The translations under genes and the position numbers were made by a program. From Tubiluchus corallicola (Eukaryota > Animalia > Priapulida), in assembly GCA_030141605.1 (NCBI GenBank), contig JAQGDQ010000673.1, forward strand, positions 50,832 to 114,831: DNA of 64,000 bases, read 5' to 3'. Of this stretch, positions 26,711 to 39,096 are shown piece by piece (positions within the stretch are counted from its first letter, which is position 1; the number at the start of each line of letters is the position of its first letter). The notes under the pieces were generated by a model that saw only the letters and a list, made by a program, of their open reading frames with translations, had not been told where the DNA came from and did not search any database.

Positions 26711-27611
26711 GAGATGTGGCCTTTACTTTAAGGTTTGACGTCTGTATTCAGTAAATTTGTGGAACCTGGAAGCAATTTTTAAAAATCTGTGACAAAAAAT
26801 CTAGTTCCTTATAACATTGACATTCAAACTTTTGGCAGCAATAAGTTTGCAATACATTCGAAATACGACACACAGCACCACATAGCGGGCACATTCAGAA
26901 CTTCACGTCACTAAAATTTTAAATTACTGCATCTTGTCAATAAGAATAAAAATACGTTTACTGGTTAGTAAGTGGCGCACTCTGAACGGTGAGTCAGCGA
27001 TATTTTACTAATTGGTGAAAACATTTTTAAATAGCTAATAATTTACTTTTCTAGTTGCATAAGTGTTTCAAGCAGGTATGCAAAATACTAAGTAATATAA
27101 TTTTCCATGGAATGATTTTTTCAGACATCATGTAACGTATGCGACGTCATGCAATGGTATCATCTGAACAGTATCGCAGAAAATTTAAAACGAAAACAAA
27201 CAAAAAATCCTTTCAACACGAGTGCGATATACATATAAAATTGCTGTAAAGTAATATAATTTTTTAAGGCGATTTTTCTCAAACCTACTTCAGGTGCCTC
27301 TTTTCTTGTCCTTTTAAGCTTTATATATTAATTACAGCCAAACCTAGTTATAATGTCTCCTTTATAAAGCCAAATGCCAAAGCCTTGCTTAATGCCCATA
27401 TTTTTGGCAAAACAAAGTGTCTACTTTGTGGAACCTTGAAGCAGTTTTTAAAAATCCGTGACAAAAATCTAGTTCATTATAACGGTTTTAATTGCCAGCA
27501 ATTTTGACATTCAACTTTTTGGCAGCAATAAGTTTGCAATAAATTTGAAATACGACACACAGCACCACATAGCGGGCACATTCAGAACTTCACAGTCTAG
27601 CTAATGTTAAT

Positions 27612-28880
27612 TTAATCCAAGCCTGAAAATCCGGGCAGGTCAGCCGGACTAGCCATCAGACAGCCCAGCATGTACAGCATGCCCAGAGCGAAGTTCAATT
27701 TTGCTAATTTCTGCGGCAGCTTCTTCATCTCCTGGCGACGGTACTGCTTCTCGAGACGAAACACGACCGGCAGCGTGACCAGCGGCAGGAATAGCCAGGC
27801 CGTGGAATGAAACGCCACGACCGTGAAGATAATGTACGGCACGAACAGCAACAACACGAACAACATGTACGAGCCGGTCTGTCCGAGCATGATCGCTATG
27901 GTAACGATTCCGGCCTCCCTGTCCACTAACATGTCTCTGGCGTTGTTCGCGTGCAAAATGCACTCCGTGTTCAGAGCCAGCGGGATGGCGTAGACGAGGG
28001 GTAGCCACGATAGCTTACCCGCCTGCGCGATGAACGCAAACAGTACGCACACTGGTCCAAATGTTATTATAATGAGAATATCGCCGAGCGCAATGTACTT
28101 CAAACCGATTCCGCCGGTGTAAAGAAACGAACTCGACAACCCTCCAAAGTAGATCAGCGCCAGGTGTTCCATCGTCGCCGGCGACAACCAGTCGACAACG
28201 ACGAAGCCCACGCATCCCAAGAAATACAGCAGCGCGCCGAGATTGATCACAGCTTCCGAGGACAAAATAGAGTCGACTAGCGTCCGGTCGTCCGACTTTT
28301 TACTGTCGATACCCCTATGGTAGTCAAAAAAGGTGTTTACTAAATTTCCGGCTCCGTGCACCGACAGTATGGTGAACAAAGTTGCCAGAAACACCCACGA
28401 GTCAAAAACAGCCGTTTCCTTGTACGCAAGGACTCCTCCCAGAGCGATGGGAGCAAGAGACGTCATGAACGACCATGGTCTGACTGACATCCAATAAGAT
28501 GCCAACTTGGGGTACACGGGATGCAGCGCCTCGTACACGGCACTAGAAGTCATGCGGCGCACGCGGCGCGGTCTCTCGGGAGCGGGCGCGCATCCGCCTT
28601 CTGTTCCCGAACCGGATGTAGTAGCACTGTCTGCCATCTTACAACACTCGCTCAGCACCGCCTCGGCTTCCGATTCCGATTCGGAAGACTGCTGAGCGCT
28701 AGAACTACACGCAAACACTTCGTCGGTTGATTCGTCATTGTTGTCAACGCGCGCCTCTTTTCCGCTCCTGTTGGCCTTCAAAATGCCTTTAAGGTGTTCA
28801 TTCTTGACACGCGGCAGACGAGATTTGCGGCTTTTGTCCGGAACATCGAGAAATATTTTCTTCCTTTTTGTGGATGCCAT
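27612..28880 (-). CDS. UBIAD1: UbiA prenyltransferase domain-containing protein 1 (menaquinone-4 synthase, heix ortholog), intronless
   Basis: RPWSF, HGAGNLVNTFFD, GIDSKKSDDRTLVD, SFLYTGGIGLKYIALGD, LHANNARD..DREAG and multiple TM segments; first ATG at 28880 (422 aa), alternative ATG at 28637 (341 aa). Confidence 0.97.
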   Translation of the reverse strand: MASTKRKKIFLDVPDKSRKSRLPRVKNEHLKGILKANRSGKEARVDNNDESTDEVFACSSSAQQSSESESEAEAVLSECCKMADSATTSGSGTEGGCAPAPERPRRVRRMTSSAVYEALHPVYPKLASYWMSVRPWSFMTSLAPIALGGVLAYKETAVFDSWVFLATLFTILSVHGAGNLVNTFFDYHRGIDSKKSDDRTLVDSILSSEAVINLGALLYFLGCVGFVVVDWLSPATMEHLALIYFGGLSSSFLYTGGIGLKYIALGDILIIITFGPVCVLFAFIAQAGKLSWLPLVYAIPLALNTECILHANNARDMLVDREAGIVTIAIMLGQTGSYMLFVLLLFVPYIIFTVVAFHSTAWLFLPLVTLPVVFRLEKQYRRQEMKKLPQKLAKLNFALGMLYMLGCLMASPADLPGFSGLD

Positions 28881-31092
28881 AAACACTACAACTCAGACTT
28901 GTCCAAAACAATATCTAGAAAAGGAAGTAAAAGGTATTCAATTTGAGATTTTCAAACATTGAGCTAGGAAAACATTTAGGTTTATGCTTTGTTATTGTGG
29001 TCTGCTGTGTTTTGTTTCTCTCGGAAGGTTCGTAGAGAAAACCAGAAATCACGTCGTCAAATTAAACTAGTTTATTATGTACATCAAACTGACATCACAG
29101 ATGAACACTGCAGTTCATGATAACGCTCATCACAGTACCGCGCCTATTTGTCGGCCACACGGACTTGACAAAAAGGTGCCACTGCTAGTCTTAGAGCTTT
29201 GAAAGTGTGACAAAAATGAACTATCCGAGATAATTATTATTTAATCAAAGCTTTGATTGAAAAAAAGGTATTGTAGTTTTCAATATTTTTGAGCATACTT
29301 AATTTTGAACTAATGTTTGTACAATCGTTTGGTTTTCCTTTAAATTTTGACCTGCAAGTGCTTACTTAAAAGCAAAACATTTACCAATGACAAAAAGTCA
29401 CGAATGCTCATCAACGACTACTTCCGATTAAAATTGACGCAAAAGCTATAAAAATTTATAGCAATTTCTACGCAATCTGCATTCATTAATTTTCATTAAC
29501 GAGGCATTAACTACAAGATAACTTATAGAGGATCTTGAAGATTTCAGCATATGAAGAGTACCCGTATTGCTGTTTGCCAGGAGGCAATCTTTAACACATT
29601 TAACAACAAGAACTTAATGCAGTGTCAAGCAAATGTTTAACTATCATAAATAACTATGGAAGTTTTTGCTGAATCAAAGTGGTTTATTTATGATATTGCA
29701 GCATTGATCAGGCTGAAATAACAACAACAAAATAATTACATATAATACTGCCATACTGCATAGAGCGTAAGTACAAATATAAATGTTTTGAATTATACTA
29801 ATTTAAGAATTGTTCCTTTAATCACAAAAGTATAACTGCAAATAATATACCATTCTAAATGTTAAACATCTGCTTGACACTGCATGGAGTTCTTATTGGT
29901 TAAATGCCTTAAATCATCACCATCATCACGTCTATTGTAGACATTGGGCAGGCAGAATTCTAAAAATTTTAAGTGTGTTAAAAAACAGCAATACGGGTGC
30001 TCTTCATATACTGAAATCTTCGAGATCCTCAAACTTATAAGCAAACTAATGCCATATGTGGATGCGCCAGTCCAGGCAAAGAAACGGCAAAAATCAATAT
30101 TCAACTGCGAGATAGACCTGCAATTTATTAAAATAAGAGATCACAAAAGGTGCTTTAGAATGTGCTAACGCTTATTACTATTTAGACAAAATGAAAAGAT
30201 TTAAGAAGACTGAAACACAAATTATTACTTTATGATTCTAGAGATTTGAAGCAATTCTAACCAATTTAAACTATTAACTAATTATTAAAGTAGATGGCGA
30301 CTTACATTTACTGGTGACAACTTTGGCTTGAAAATACAACTAGTGTCTGTTAAATTGTAACAAAATAGACAAAGCAATGCAAGTATCACAAAACGGCATG
30401 ATCAGCATAGCGGCAACAGAAAATCTAACTACGTGTAAAAACAACTGTGATTGATAAGTGGCGTATACTACTAAACCTTAGGTCACATGACTAAGGCTGG
30501 CTTCGTTTTAAACACTTTCAGGAAATGCGTGTTTGTAGAAATGCGAAAAGAAAACAAATAATGATAGAATGCTAGATTAAATTGCTTTACACCAACAACA
30601 TACCACAGTAAAATCCATGTCAAGTGATACGCAGACAAACCCAGATTAAAAATCTATCTGAACCGTACAAGATGGTAAAAACTAACAAGTCATAAGCGCC
30701 TCGTGCGCAACAAACATCTTCTTCTTCTATCTGTTTAGCACTACAGCTGCCTTTGAGCACACAATGGGAGAATGGGCGGTTGTTCAGATGCCGAGGTATT
30801 TATTTCAAAACAGTGAAGGGCTTCGTGTCAATCAACCCAAGCAACAATCAGTCGCGAATACCTTCAAAAGCGGAACAATGTCTAATCATTTCATCCCGAA
30901 GTCAAGCAGAAGATCAAAAAGGCAATTGTACAGATCTATTGTATCGCGAGAAATACAATCAGCGATTTCACCATGATTGAGAAAAATATTTTATGGTTTG
31001 AATAGATTAGAAAGAAAACTTACAACTGTTGTGGACAAAATTAAGCGTAAGCATACTGACTGTTGGAGTCTACATTTCATCTATGGTAAACA

Positions 31093-31335
31093 AGCAAGCA
31101 AGTAAATAAGTAAGCAAGTAAGTAACTAAGTAAGTAAGCAAGTAACTAAGTAAATAAGTAAGTAAGCAAGCAAGTAAATAAGTAAGCAAGTAAGTAAGTA
31201 AGTAAGTAAGTAAGCAAGTAAATAAGTAAGTAAGTTAGTAAGTAACTAAGTAAGTAAATAAGTAAGTAAATAAGTAAGTAAATAAGTAAGTAACTAAGTA
31301 AGTAAGCAAGCAAGTAAGTGAATAAATAAGTATGT
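31093..31335. repeat. (AAGT)n microsatellite
   Basis: Direct inspection. Confidence 0.95.
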
Positions 31336-31400
31336 AAGTAAGTAACTAAGTAAGAAAGTTTATTAGTTTATCACCATTTTTAAAATAGCAATTCGATTAA

Positions 31401-31948
31401 AGGAAAACCGGATGATTGTGTAAACACGAGTTCAGAATAAAGAATGCTCTAAAATATTGAAAACTGCGACAGCTTATTTTAATCAAAGCTTAGATTAAAT
31501 AATAATTACCTCAGATACTCAAATTTCGTTAAACCTTCAAAGCTACGCGCGGCTCAGTGAATCTACTAAGATTGGCAGCGGCGCCTTTTTGTCACATTCG
31601 CGTGGCTGACAAATAGAAGGCTGTACAGTGATAACCTTGATCATGAACTGCCGTGTTAGTTTCTGACGTCATGTGACATAGAGCCCATTTTTCGTGACAT
31701 CATGCGTTTAAACAGTACTCTAACACTTATGCAAATGTGCTTGACGCACAAGGGAAGACGCCTGCTATTGCACAAACTGTGGTTAGTTTCTGACATAAGC
31801 AACAGCTGTGTTCGGTTGCCGTTAATTAACTTTTTTACCTAATTATTCAAATATAAGAAACAATTGCTAACCTTTATAGACAAGAAAATGTATATTTTGG
31901 ACAGTAAATTAAAATGAGATTGAGCCTAAACAATTGTCTAGTTTTTCT
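31401..31948. mobile_element. TTAA-flanked non-autonomous DNA element (Kolobok-like family 1)
   Basis: TTAA|AGGAA start; inverted relative to 47828-48488. Confidence 0.65.
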
Positions 31949-33089
31949 TTAAAAAAATGCTGGTTTGAAAGTCGATTAGCATTCGCTTTCTGATATAGAA
32001 TCCTGAACCCTAATCCCAACCCACGTGAAACATCTGTTCCCACCCCGGCTTAAAAGTAGTAAAATTTAATAAGACATTGTTCAAAACTGTTTCCTATACA
32101 GAGTGAACCAGCCTAAAAAACGTAAAGCTTCGAAAATTCTTCTTGAAATTTCATACCAGTCACATACTGCCTTTTTATACACAGTACTTCAACCGGCAGT
32201 CACGCTGTACAAAACAGAGCTACGAATGCTCTGACTATTTTTTCAAAGTTCACACTGTTACTGTTCCGTAGTCGCCATTACATGACGTCATGTACCAAAC
32301 GTATATCAAGGGATGAAAAGGCAATGTTAAATTAAATCTCAAAAGACTTTCCATGCAAATCTATATTACTTGAATTTTCGCTTACCTACTAGAAAGACTT
32401 ATGTAACTAGAAAAGAAAATTATTAATTATTTAAAATGTTTTCACCAATTAGTAAAATGTCGCTGACTCACTCTCCAGGGTGCACCACTCACTAACCAAA
32501 AAATGTACTTTTAATCTTATTGACAAGATGCAGTCGTTTTAAATTTTATTTAGCTAATGACTTGTGCGCTACGAATGCTCTGATTACTTTTTTAGACTTT
32601 ACAAAATGTTATCAGAACTTGTTACAAATGACCTGTCGTGAAAATGGCTGCGTCTATCGGTCATCGCGGAAGTTTACACGTTTTATACAGCGTTACGGCT
32701 GATGCAAGCCTTGCATGCAAAAACGTAGTATGCAAGTGGTATAAAATTTAAAGACGAATTTTTTAAGCTTGATGTAAGTGGAGGGTTTTCTTGCATCTAA
32801 CGGTCATGGCGGGAGTTTAAATTTACATGTTTTATACAGCGTGACTGCCGATTGAAGTCCTGCACGCAAAAAGGCAGTATGTAAGTGGTATAAAATTTCA
32901 AGACAGATTTTTAAGCTTTATGCTTATGAAGGGTTTTGTTGTGCTTTAAATGGGATAATTTTAGCGCAAAATAAACGACGAAGCCATTTTTAACAAACCT
33001 ATAAGATGTACGCCCGGAAAAAAAATACGAAACACTAATGAATGAAATTGAAATTAAGCAAAAAAAAGTAAAAAGAAAAGCAGAGGAGT

Positions 33090-33560
33090 AAGCAGCCGAA
33101 ACTCGACTCTCAAGTTCCTCCTGATGACTCCAAAAACCTGTATTTGTATTTGTCTTTTTGTTCTCCTTACTCCTTTCATAACATGTTCCTTGCAAAGTAT
33201 TATAACTATACGTATACAAAATTTCTCTCCATTAACATAAACTATTTTATGATTATCAATTACAATCCTGCAAAAATAAAAACATAATCACCTCTCAAAT
33301 TACTAAAACTATAATATGTAAAACCTACTCCCATGACCCTCTTTCTCCAAACTGTTTTTAGCGCTATCCTGTTCACATTTATTACATGATTCTTTTCTCT
33401 CTAGTACAAACTACATATACTAACAAATGCCAGGTGCCACTTGCTGGTCAGCCGCTGCTTAGCGATATGCTTCAGTAAAACCTAAAGACATGTGCTCGCA
33501 CTTAGCATAACCTCTTTGGTTATCGCATTTCTAGCACCAATTTTATATTGGTTTTCATAA
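33090..33560. mobile_element. Dispersed repeat (probable retroelement 3' region); second copy at 47176-47675
   Basis: Near-colinear copies starting GCAGCCGAAA(C/T)TCGACTCTCAAGTTCCTCC. Confidence 0.7.
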
Positions 33561-33611
33561 ACAATTAAACAAAAAAAGTAAAAACGAAATTCCCTCTTTA
33601 CTAACCTCGGT

Positions 33612-33791
33612 TTAGTTTTCAGCCGGAGGTTCTTCAAACGAAGCGATGATTTCTACCGAATCGTCTGTAACTTGAATAAGCTCGGCGTGTGCTTCGCTGA
33701 CGGCAGAGGCACCTGGTGCCGATGTTTCGAGTAACTTTTTCTTTTTTTCACTTTCTTTGATTATGCTGCGATGCAATTTAGTTAAACGAGC
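33612..33791 (-). CDS. SNAPIN: SNAPIN exon 4 (terminal)
   Basis: ARLTKLHRSIIKESEKKKKLLE...EEPPAEN*; TTTTTTAG acceptor, phase 0. Confidence 0.85.
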   Translation of the reverse strand, partial: ARLTKLHRSIIKESEKKKKLLETSAPGASAVSEAHAELIQVTDDSVEIIASFEEPPAEN

Positions 33792-34216
33792 CTAAAAAAC
33801 ATTAAAGTATTAAAGCACCTTCGGTTCCCGAAGGGTTCTTGTTGCTGGGTTACGCAATAGTGTTTATCCTAGCAATGCACTAGCTGTTGCTAAGCAACAT
33901 GAGTAGTTTAAGATGCAGCAAACTGACTGCTTGTAGAACAGTGTAAACCATGAATCGAATTCATAGTGGAAATGTCCGCAAATATTGTCAGCATATCCTT
34001 AGCTCCTATGTAATAATTTTCAACCGCATAATTAACCAAATTAAAAAACTCGGTATTTTTATAAAGGTTGAAGGTTAATGAAAAATTTCACTTGGATAAT
34101 TAACGTCTTGGTTAAGAAAAGATAGGTTGAGTTTTGTAAGACACCTGTACGGCAAAAATGCTTTTGTCTGCCACGTCCCCATTGGCTGTTAGCCTGGCAC
34201 ACTTAGCAGCACTTAA

Positions 34217-35300
34217 AGGAAGACGGGGCGATTGTTTAGACTCATCTCATTTAATTTACTGTCCAAAATATACATTTTATTGCCTATAAAAGTTAACAAT
34301 TGTTCCTTATATTTGAATAATTGGCTTAGAAAGTTAATTAATGGCAAATGAACACAGCTAGTGCTTAAGTCAGAAACTAACCACAGTTTGTGCAATGGCA
34401 GACGTCTTCCCTTGCACATCAAGCACATTTACGTAAGTGTTACAGTACTGTTTAAACATATACAGTCATGAAAAATGGGCAATACATCATATGACGTCAG
34501 AAACTAACACTGCAGTTCATGATCATGCTTATCACGGCACCGCCTTCTATTTGTCGGCCACGCGAATGTGGCAAAAAGACGCTGCTGCCAATCTTAGCAG
34601 ATTCACTGAACTGCGCATAGCTTTGAAAGTGTAACGAAATTGGAATATCCGAGGTACCGTATATACTCGCATATAAGCCGAATTTAGAACTATAAAATAC
34701 AATACTGAAATCAGGGGGTCGGCTTATATGCGCATGAAACAAAATGAACACAAGGACAGACACTAATGCCAATTTTCCAGCCACACATTTTCATCGCTAT
34801 CTGACTCTTTATTTGGTTGTGTGTCATTTTGTTTTTTTCAAGAACACTACGGTAAATTATAAACAGAAATGTTATAATTTTTTGTGAATAAATAGAAAAC
34901 AAAATATTTTCTTCTTTATTCATATCATAATGTATAATTTCTTCTATTTCTTCTAGTATGTAACATAAAAGTAAGCATTTTACATCTTTATAGTAAAAAA
35001 TTTCAATGAACCAAAAATACCCAATTAACAAAATGTGGCAAAAAGGGATCAATTCTGTTGATTGGGTATGGAGTAAAATTAGACAAGTTGATGGTCGGCT
35101 TATATACGGGTTTTTGCAAAAACTGGCCATTCTAAAGCAGTTTTAGGGGGTCGGCTTATATGCGATGTAGGCTTATATGCGAGTATATACGGTAATTATT
35201 ATTTAACCTAAACTTTGATTTAAAAAAAGACATGTAATATTTTTTACTATATTTTACAGCATTATTTATTCTGAACTAATGTTTACACATGGTTTTCTTC
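34217..35300. mobile_element. Kolobok-like family 1 element carrying a nested pogo MITE at 34657-35192
   Basis: Nested element has TIRs CCGTATATACTCGCATATAAGCC and a TA duplication inside host GAGGTAATTATT. Confidence 0.8.
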
Positions 35301-35527
35301 AATAGTCTGCTAGTAGACACGTGCTGTGGAACTGCAGCAGGCAACATTTAAATTTAAAATTGTTTAACATAGGATATCATATTACAAATAACGGCTCCAT
35401 TTTCGCAGTTGGAACCGGGTAGAAATATTAGGCTCGGGTAATAAACAATGCAGATAATTACTCGGCAACCCGTCACAAACACTAGCATTTATATTTCTAA
35501 TTTTTTAATTCTTCGCCACAGCATGAG

Positions 35528-35790
35528 CAGTCTGAACATGCTTGTGAGTTACTTAGCGAGAAAACTCGCTAGTCTGAACACGCTTGTGAGTTACTTGGCA
35601 AGAAAATTCGCTAATCTGAACACGCTTGTGAGTTACTTGGCGAGAAAACTCGCTAGTCTGAACACGCTTGTGAGTTACTTGGCAAGAAAACTCGCTAATC
35701 TGAACACGCTTATGAGTTACTTGGCGAGAAAACTCACTAGTCTGAACACGCTTGTGAGTTACTTGGCGCGAAAACTCGCAAGTGTGAACA
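35528..35790. repeat. 42-bp minisatellite, about 6 copies, in SNAPIN intron 3
   Basis: AGTCTGAACACGCTTGTGAGTTACTTGGCGAGAAAACTCGCT units. Confidence 0.92.
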
Positions 35791-35836
35791 CACCAGTAGC
35801 AGAATTCAACTAGATTAAGTACAAAAACAATCTCAC

Positions 35837-35958
35837 TTGCACGTTCTGCAAGATGTTATTCACCAAGACGGCTTTCCTCTTAGTTCCGGCGAGTTTCTTA
35901 ACGTAAGTGTCCAACTCGAGCGGTATGAAGTTCTGTTCCTCGGATATTTTTCTCAATT
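35837..35958 (-). CDS. SNAPIN: SNAPIN exon 3
   Basis: ELRKISEEQNFIPLELDTYVKKLAGTKRKAVLVNNILQNVQ, matching the SNAPIN LD.YVKKL...VLVNNILQN motif; phase 1/0. Confidence 0.93.
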
Positions 35959-35996
35959 CTGAATAAAATAAGCGAAAAAAAGTGAATTCTAATTAA

Positions 35997-36498
35997 CAGG
36001 GATGAGAATGACAAATAGCAAAAAACTCTGAAACAGGCCGGGGGGTTGGGGGCCGCGTAAACCCCCGTGAGGGTTCAAAGGGGTAAAGCCCCCTTGCGGC
36101 TAGCAAAAAATTGCAGTTTTGTGACTTAAAATATCAATTACCTTGTTTCATGCATAATTTAAAATACCCAACTATCAAGGATACATGATACCTAATTGTC
36201 TCAAAAATGCCTAAGTACTGGCCGCTCCTATGCAAAAGTATATAAAAACTGTCTGCAATTGACTCAAATAACTCTGCACAATTGATTCTATATTTTTATA
36301 CATAGAGATATACACGTGGTTACACTGATGTACGTGATGTAAACAAAGCGACGGCCTGCCAATTAGCGGTCAGCTTGTGAAATAATGTACTGGGTCCGTA
36401 AAAATTTTCTCAACGAATTTACGAGATTTACAAAAATGGCACTACTGATCTTCCAAAAACTTGGAATTCCGCGTATCCGCGCAAAATTCTCATCCCTG
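35997..36498. mobile_element. hAT-type MITE (CAGGGATG family)
   Basis: Same TIRs and body as the other three copies. Confidence 0.8.
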
Positions 36499-37101
36499 AA
36501 TAAAAACAGGGGTAATGTAAAACCGTAAATATATTCGCAAATTTGTAATGAATTCACCATAGGCCCAGGAAGTCTGTTTCTGTTGTACTTCTGTAACGGC
36601 GGCCAATGGTTTAATACTTTTATACCGTGTTCCCTCACTGTTCTGTTCCAGGCTAACCCGCGATAAGTGAATTTCCTGCACATGTACCTTTTAAAAAGCT
36701 TTCCATCAATCAGCCAATCGTGTGTTGTGTACAATCTCACGTCGGCTAGTAGAATCTCATGGTAAATTTAGTTCTACACACATTTGCCTAGCAGAGCAGT
36801 CATAAGGTGATCTTATGATCACTGATCACTTTATTATAAGCAACTTTTAAATTCTTAAATCGTAATAGTTATTTCATAATGTGGCACAATAAAAATAGAC
36901 GTGTCGACATGGAAACGGGCGATACGCATCATGTGCACACAGTCGTAGCCGAACACTGTATAACAGGCATAAGTTACGTTATGACTGTGTTTATACACAC
37001 GCCCCGCTTTTAGCAATATTTAACTTACGTTTACACAAAACTTAAACAAAATTTACATAGGCGAGGATAGGCAAATTAAGTAATAAATTTTGAGAACAAA
37101 C

Positions 37102-37148
37102 CTTCGGCAAGTAAGTCAATTTGTAAACGTAATTCTATCTGGCTTTGT
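37102..37148 (-). CDS. SNAPIN: SNAPIN exon 2 (47 nt)
   Basis: (R)QSQIELRLQIDLLAE(E); TTTCAG acceptor, GTTTGT donor; phases 2/1 fit both neighbours. Confidence 0.9.
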
Positions 37149-37319
37149 CTGAAATGAGAAAAGTTCTTGTACACATCATGTGTATGAATATACAATAATA
37201 ATAATAATAATCTTTATTTAAAGTCGGCTTTTGGGTCAACAATTAACATTAGCTCAAAGAGCTATTATCGCCGACTGTAAATAACAACCTACAACTACAT
37301 AACAGAGACTATTGTTACC

Positions 37320-37458
37320 CCACTTTTACCCTAAATACCACGCGTCAAGCAGGGCAACAGCAGGTACCATTTTTAAAATCTTTGGTGACCCGGCCGTTGT
37401 ATCGAACTCACGACCTCCCAGAAGCGGATGCATTGCCACTAGACTAAACCGTCTGGTC
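37320..37458 (-). mobile_element. tRNA-headed SINE, MetaSINE-like; second head fragment at about 37995-38060
   Basis: Minus strand A/B boxes (AGTCTAGTGG, GGTCGTGAGTTCGA) followed by CCAAAGATTTTAAAAATGGTACCTGCTG, resembling the Meta domain as I recall it. Confidence 0.55.
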
Positions 37459-37589
37459 AAAACAATGCAAGAACAGCATTGCTACGGACAGAAAAATATT
37501 ACACAGAAATACAAAATTTACAATGGTTTGTGGTACACAAATCTTGTTTTAGATTTCGCTTTCTTACGTTCTGCCTTTTCAGTACACTG

Positions 37590-38000
37590 TGCTATTTCAG
37601 TCTGGTAAACAGTTAATTACAAAAATTTGCTTTATGAAATAGAACTTGCGAACCTAAATTCAGAGGCATAACCAGGTTCTAAAGTTATGGGTAGCAAGCA
37701 CATAAGAAAGGTGCTTTCACACATGCCAAAAAGGCACCGTGACATGTGAATGCTATTTCATCTGGTAAACAGTTAATTACAAAAATTTGCGTTATGAAAT
37801 AGAACTTGTGAACCTAAATTCAGGGGCATAACCAGGTTCTAAAGTTATGGGTAGCAAGCACATAAGAAAGGTGCTTTCACACGTGCCAAAAAGGCACCGT
37901 GACATGCGAATGCTATTTGAGTTTGGTAAACATTTAATTACAAAAATTTGTGTTGTGAAATAGAACTTCTGAACCTAAAATCAGGGGCATAACCAGGTTC
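37590..38000. repeat. About 160-bp tandem repeat, about 2.5 copies
   Basis: TGCTATTT...TGGTAAACA recurs at 37590, 37751, 37911. Confidence 0.9.
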
Positions 38001-38422
38001 GAACTCACAACCTCACAGACGGAAAGCAGACGCATTACCACTAGACTAAACTGTCTAGTCTAAATATAAACCAGGATCAACCACAGTCAACCACAATCAA
38101 CACTGGTTTTAGTACTTAGTTCAACTGCCAGAGTTAGAAATTTGGGATTTCCGAAGTTTTTGCAGCGCAAGCTCATGCAAGACATTTTAATCACACAGCG
38201 CCAAGAGCCCAAGGTTTACCAATCACAAATTTTAGTAATACTTAAATAGTCAATTGAAAATTATTGCCAGTCAGTACAAGAAATACCAGAGAAATATCTT
38301 CGTCATCGCTTAGAAAATCACCATATAATTTAAGAGAAATAATTTCCGCCCAGCTTGGCAATAGTGATGGGCGGTTTTGAAATTTAGCTTGCCTTACTTG
38401 AACATGACCAGGCATACCTAAG

Positions 38423-38915
38423 CAGGGATGAGAATGACAAATTGCAAAAAACTCTGAAACAGGCCAGGGGTTTTGGGGCCACCTAGGTCCCCAATGGGGT
38501 TGAAATTGCAATTTTGTGACCACAGAGAACCTCTAAGTGGACTTAAAATATCAATTACCTTTTTTCATGCATAATTTAAAATACCCAACTATCAAGGATA
38601 CATGATACCTAATTGTCTCAAAAACGCCTAAGTACTGGTCACTCCTATGCAAAAGTATATAAAAACTGTCTGCAATTGACTCAAATAACTCCACACAATT
38701 GATTTTATATTTTTATACATAGAGATAAACACGTGGTTACACTGATGTACGTGATGTAAACAAAGTGACAGCCTGCCAGGTAGTGGTTCAGTTTGTGAAA
38801 TAATGTACTGGGTCCGTAAAAATTTTCTCAACGAGTTACGCGATTTACAAAAATGGCATTACTGGTCTTCCAAAAACTCGGAATTTCGCGTATCCGCGGA
38901 AAATTCTCATCCCTG
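38423..38915. mobile_element. hAT-type MITE (CAGGGATG family)
   Basis: Perfect 13-bp TIRs and 8-bp TSD TACCTAAG. Confidence 0.9.
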
Positions 38916-39096
38916 TACCTAAGTAATTAACCAGAACACGCATTATACTTATAACCTATCTTAAGTGGAATATTGCTAGAAAAAGTACTGCTTAAGTCAG
39001 CAAAAGGCATTGTTTGTTTTGGTACAAATGCGAGAATAGCTGAATATTAAATTCAGTATGATTTATAGTACTTAAATTCACATGACTATATAGTTA

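Noticed and set aside
30753-30980. Short overlapping ORFs between SNAPIN and UBIAD1
   Set aside because: No recognisable motif or splice support; may be UTR
37390-37458. tRNA gene
   Set aside because: A/B boxes only, no complete cloverleaf, continues into a SINE body
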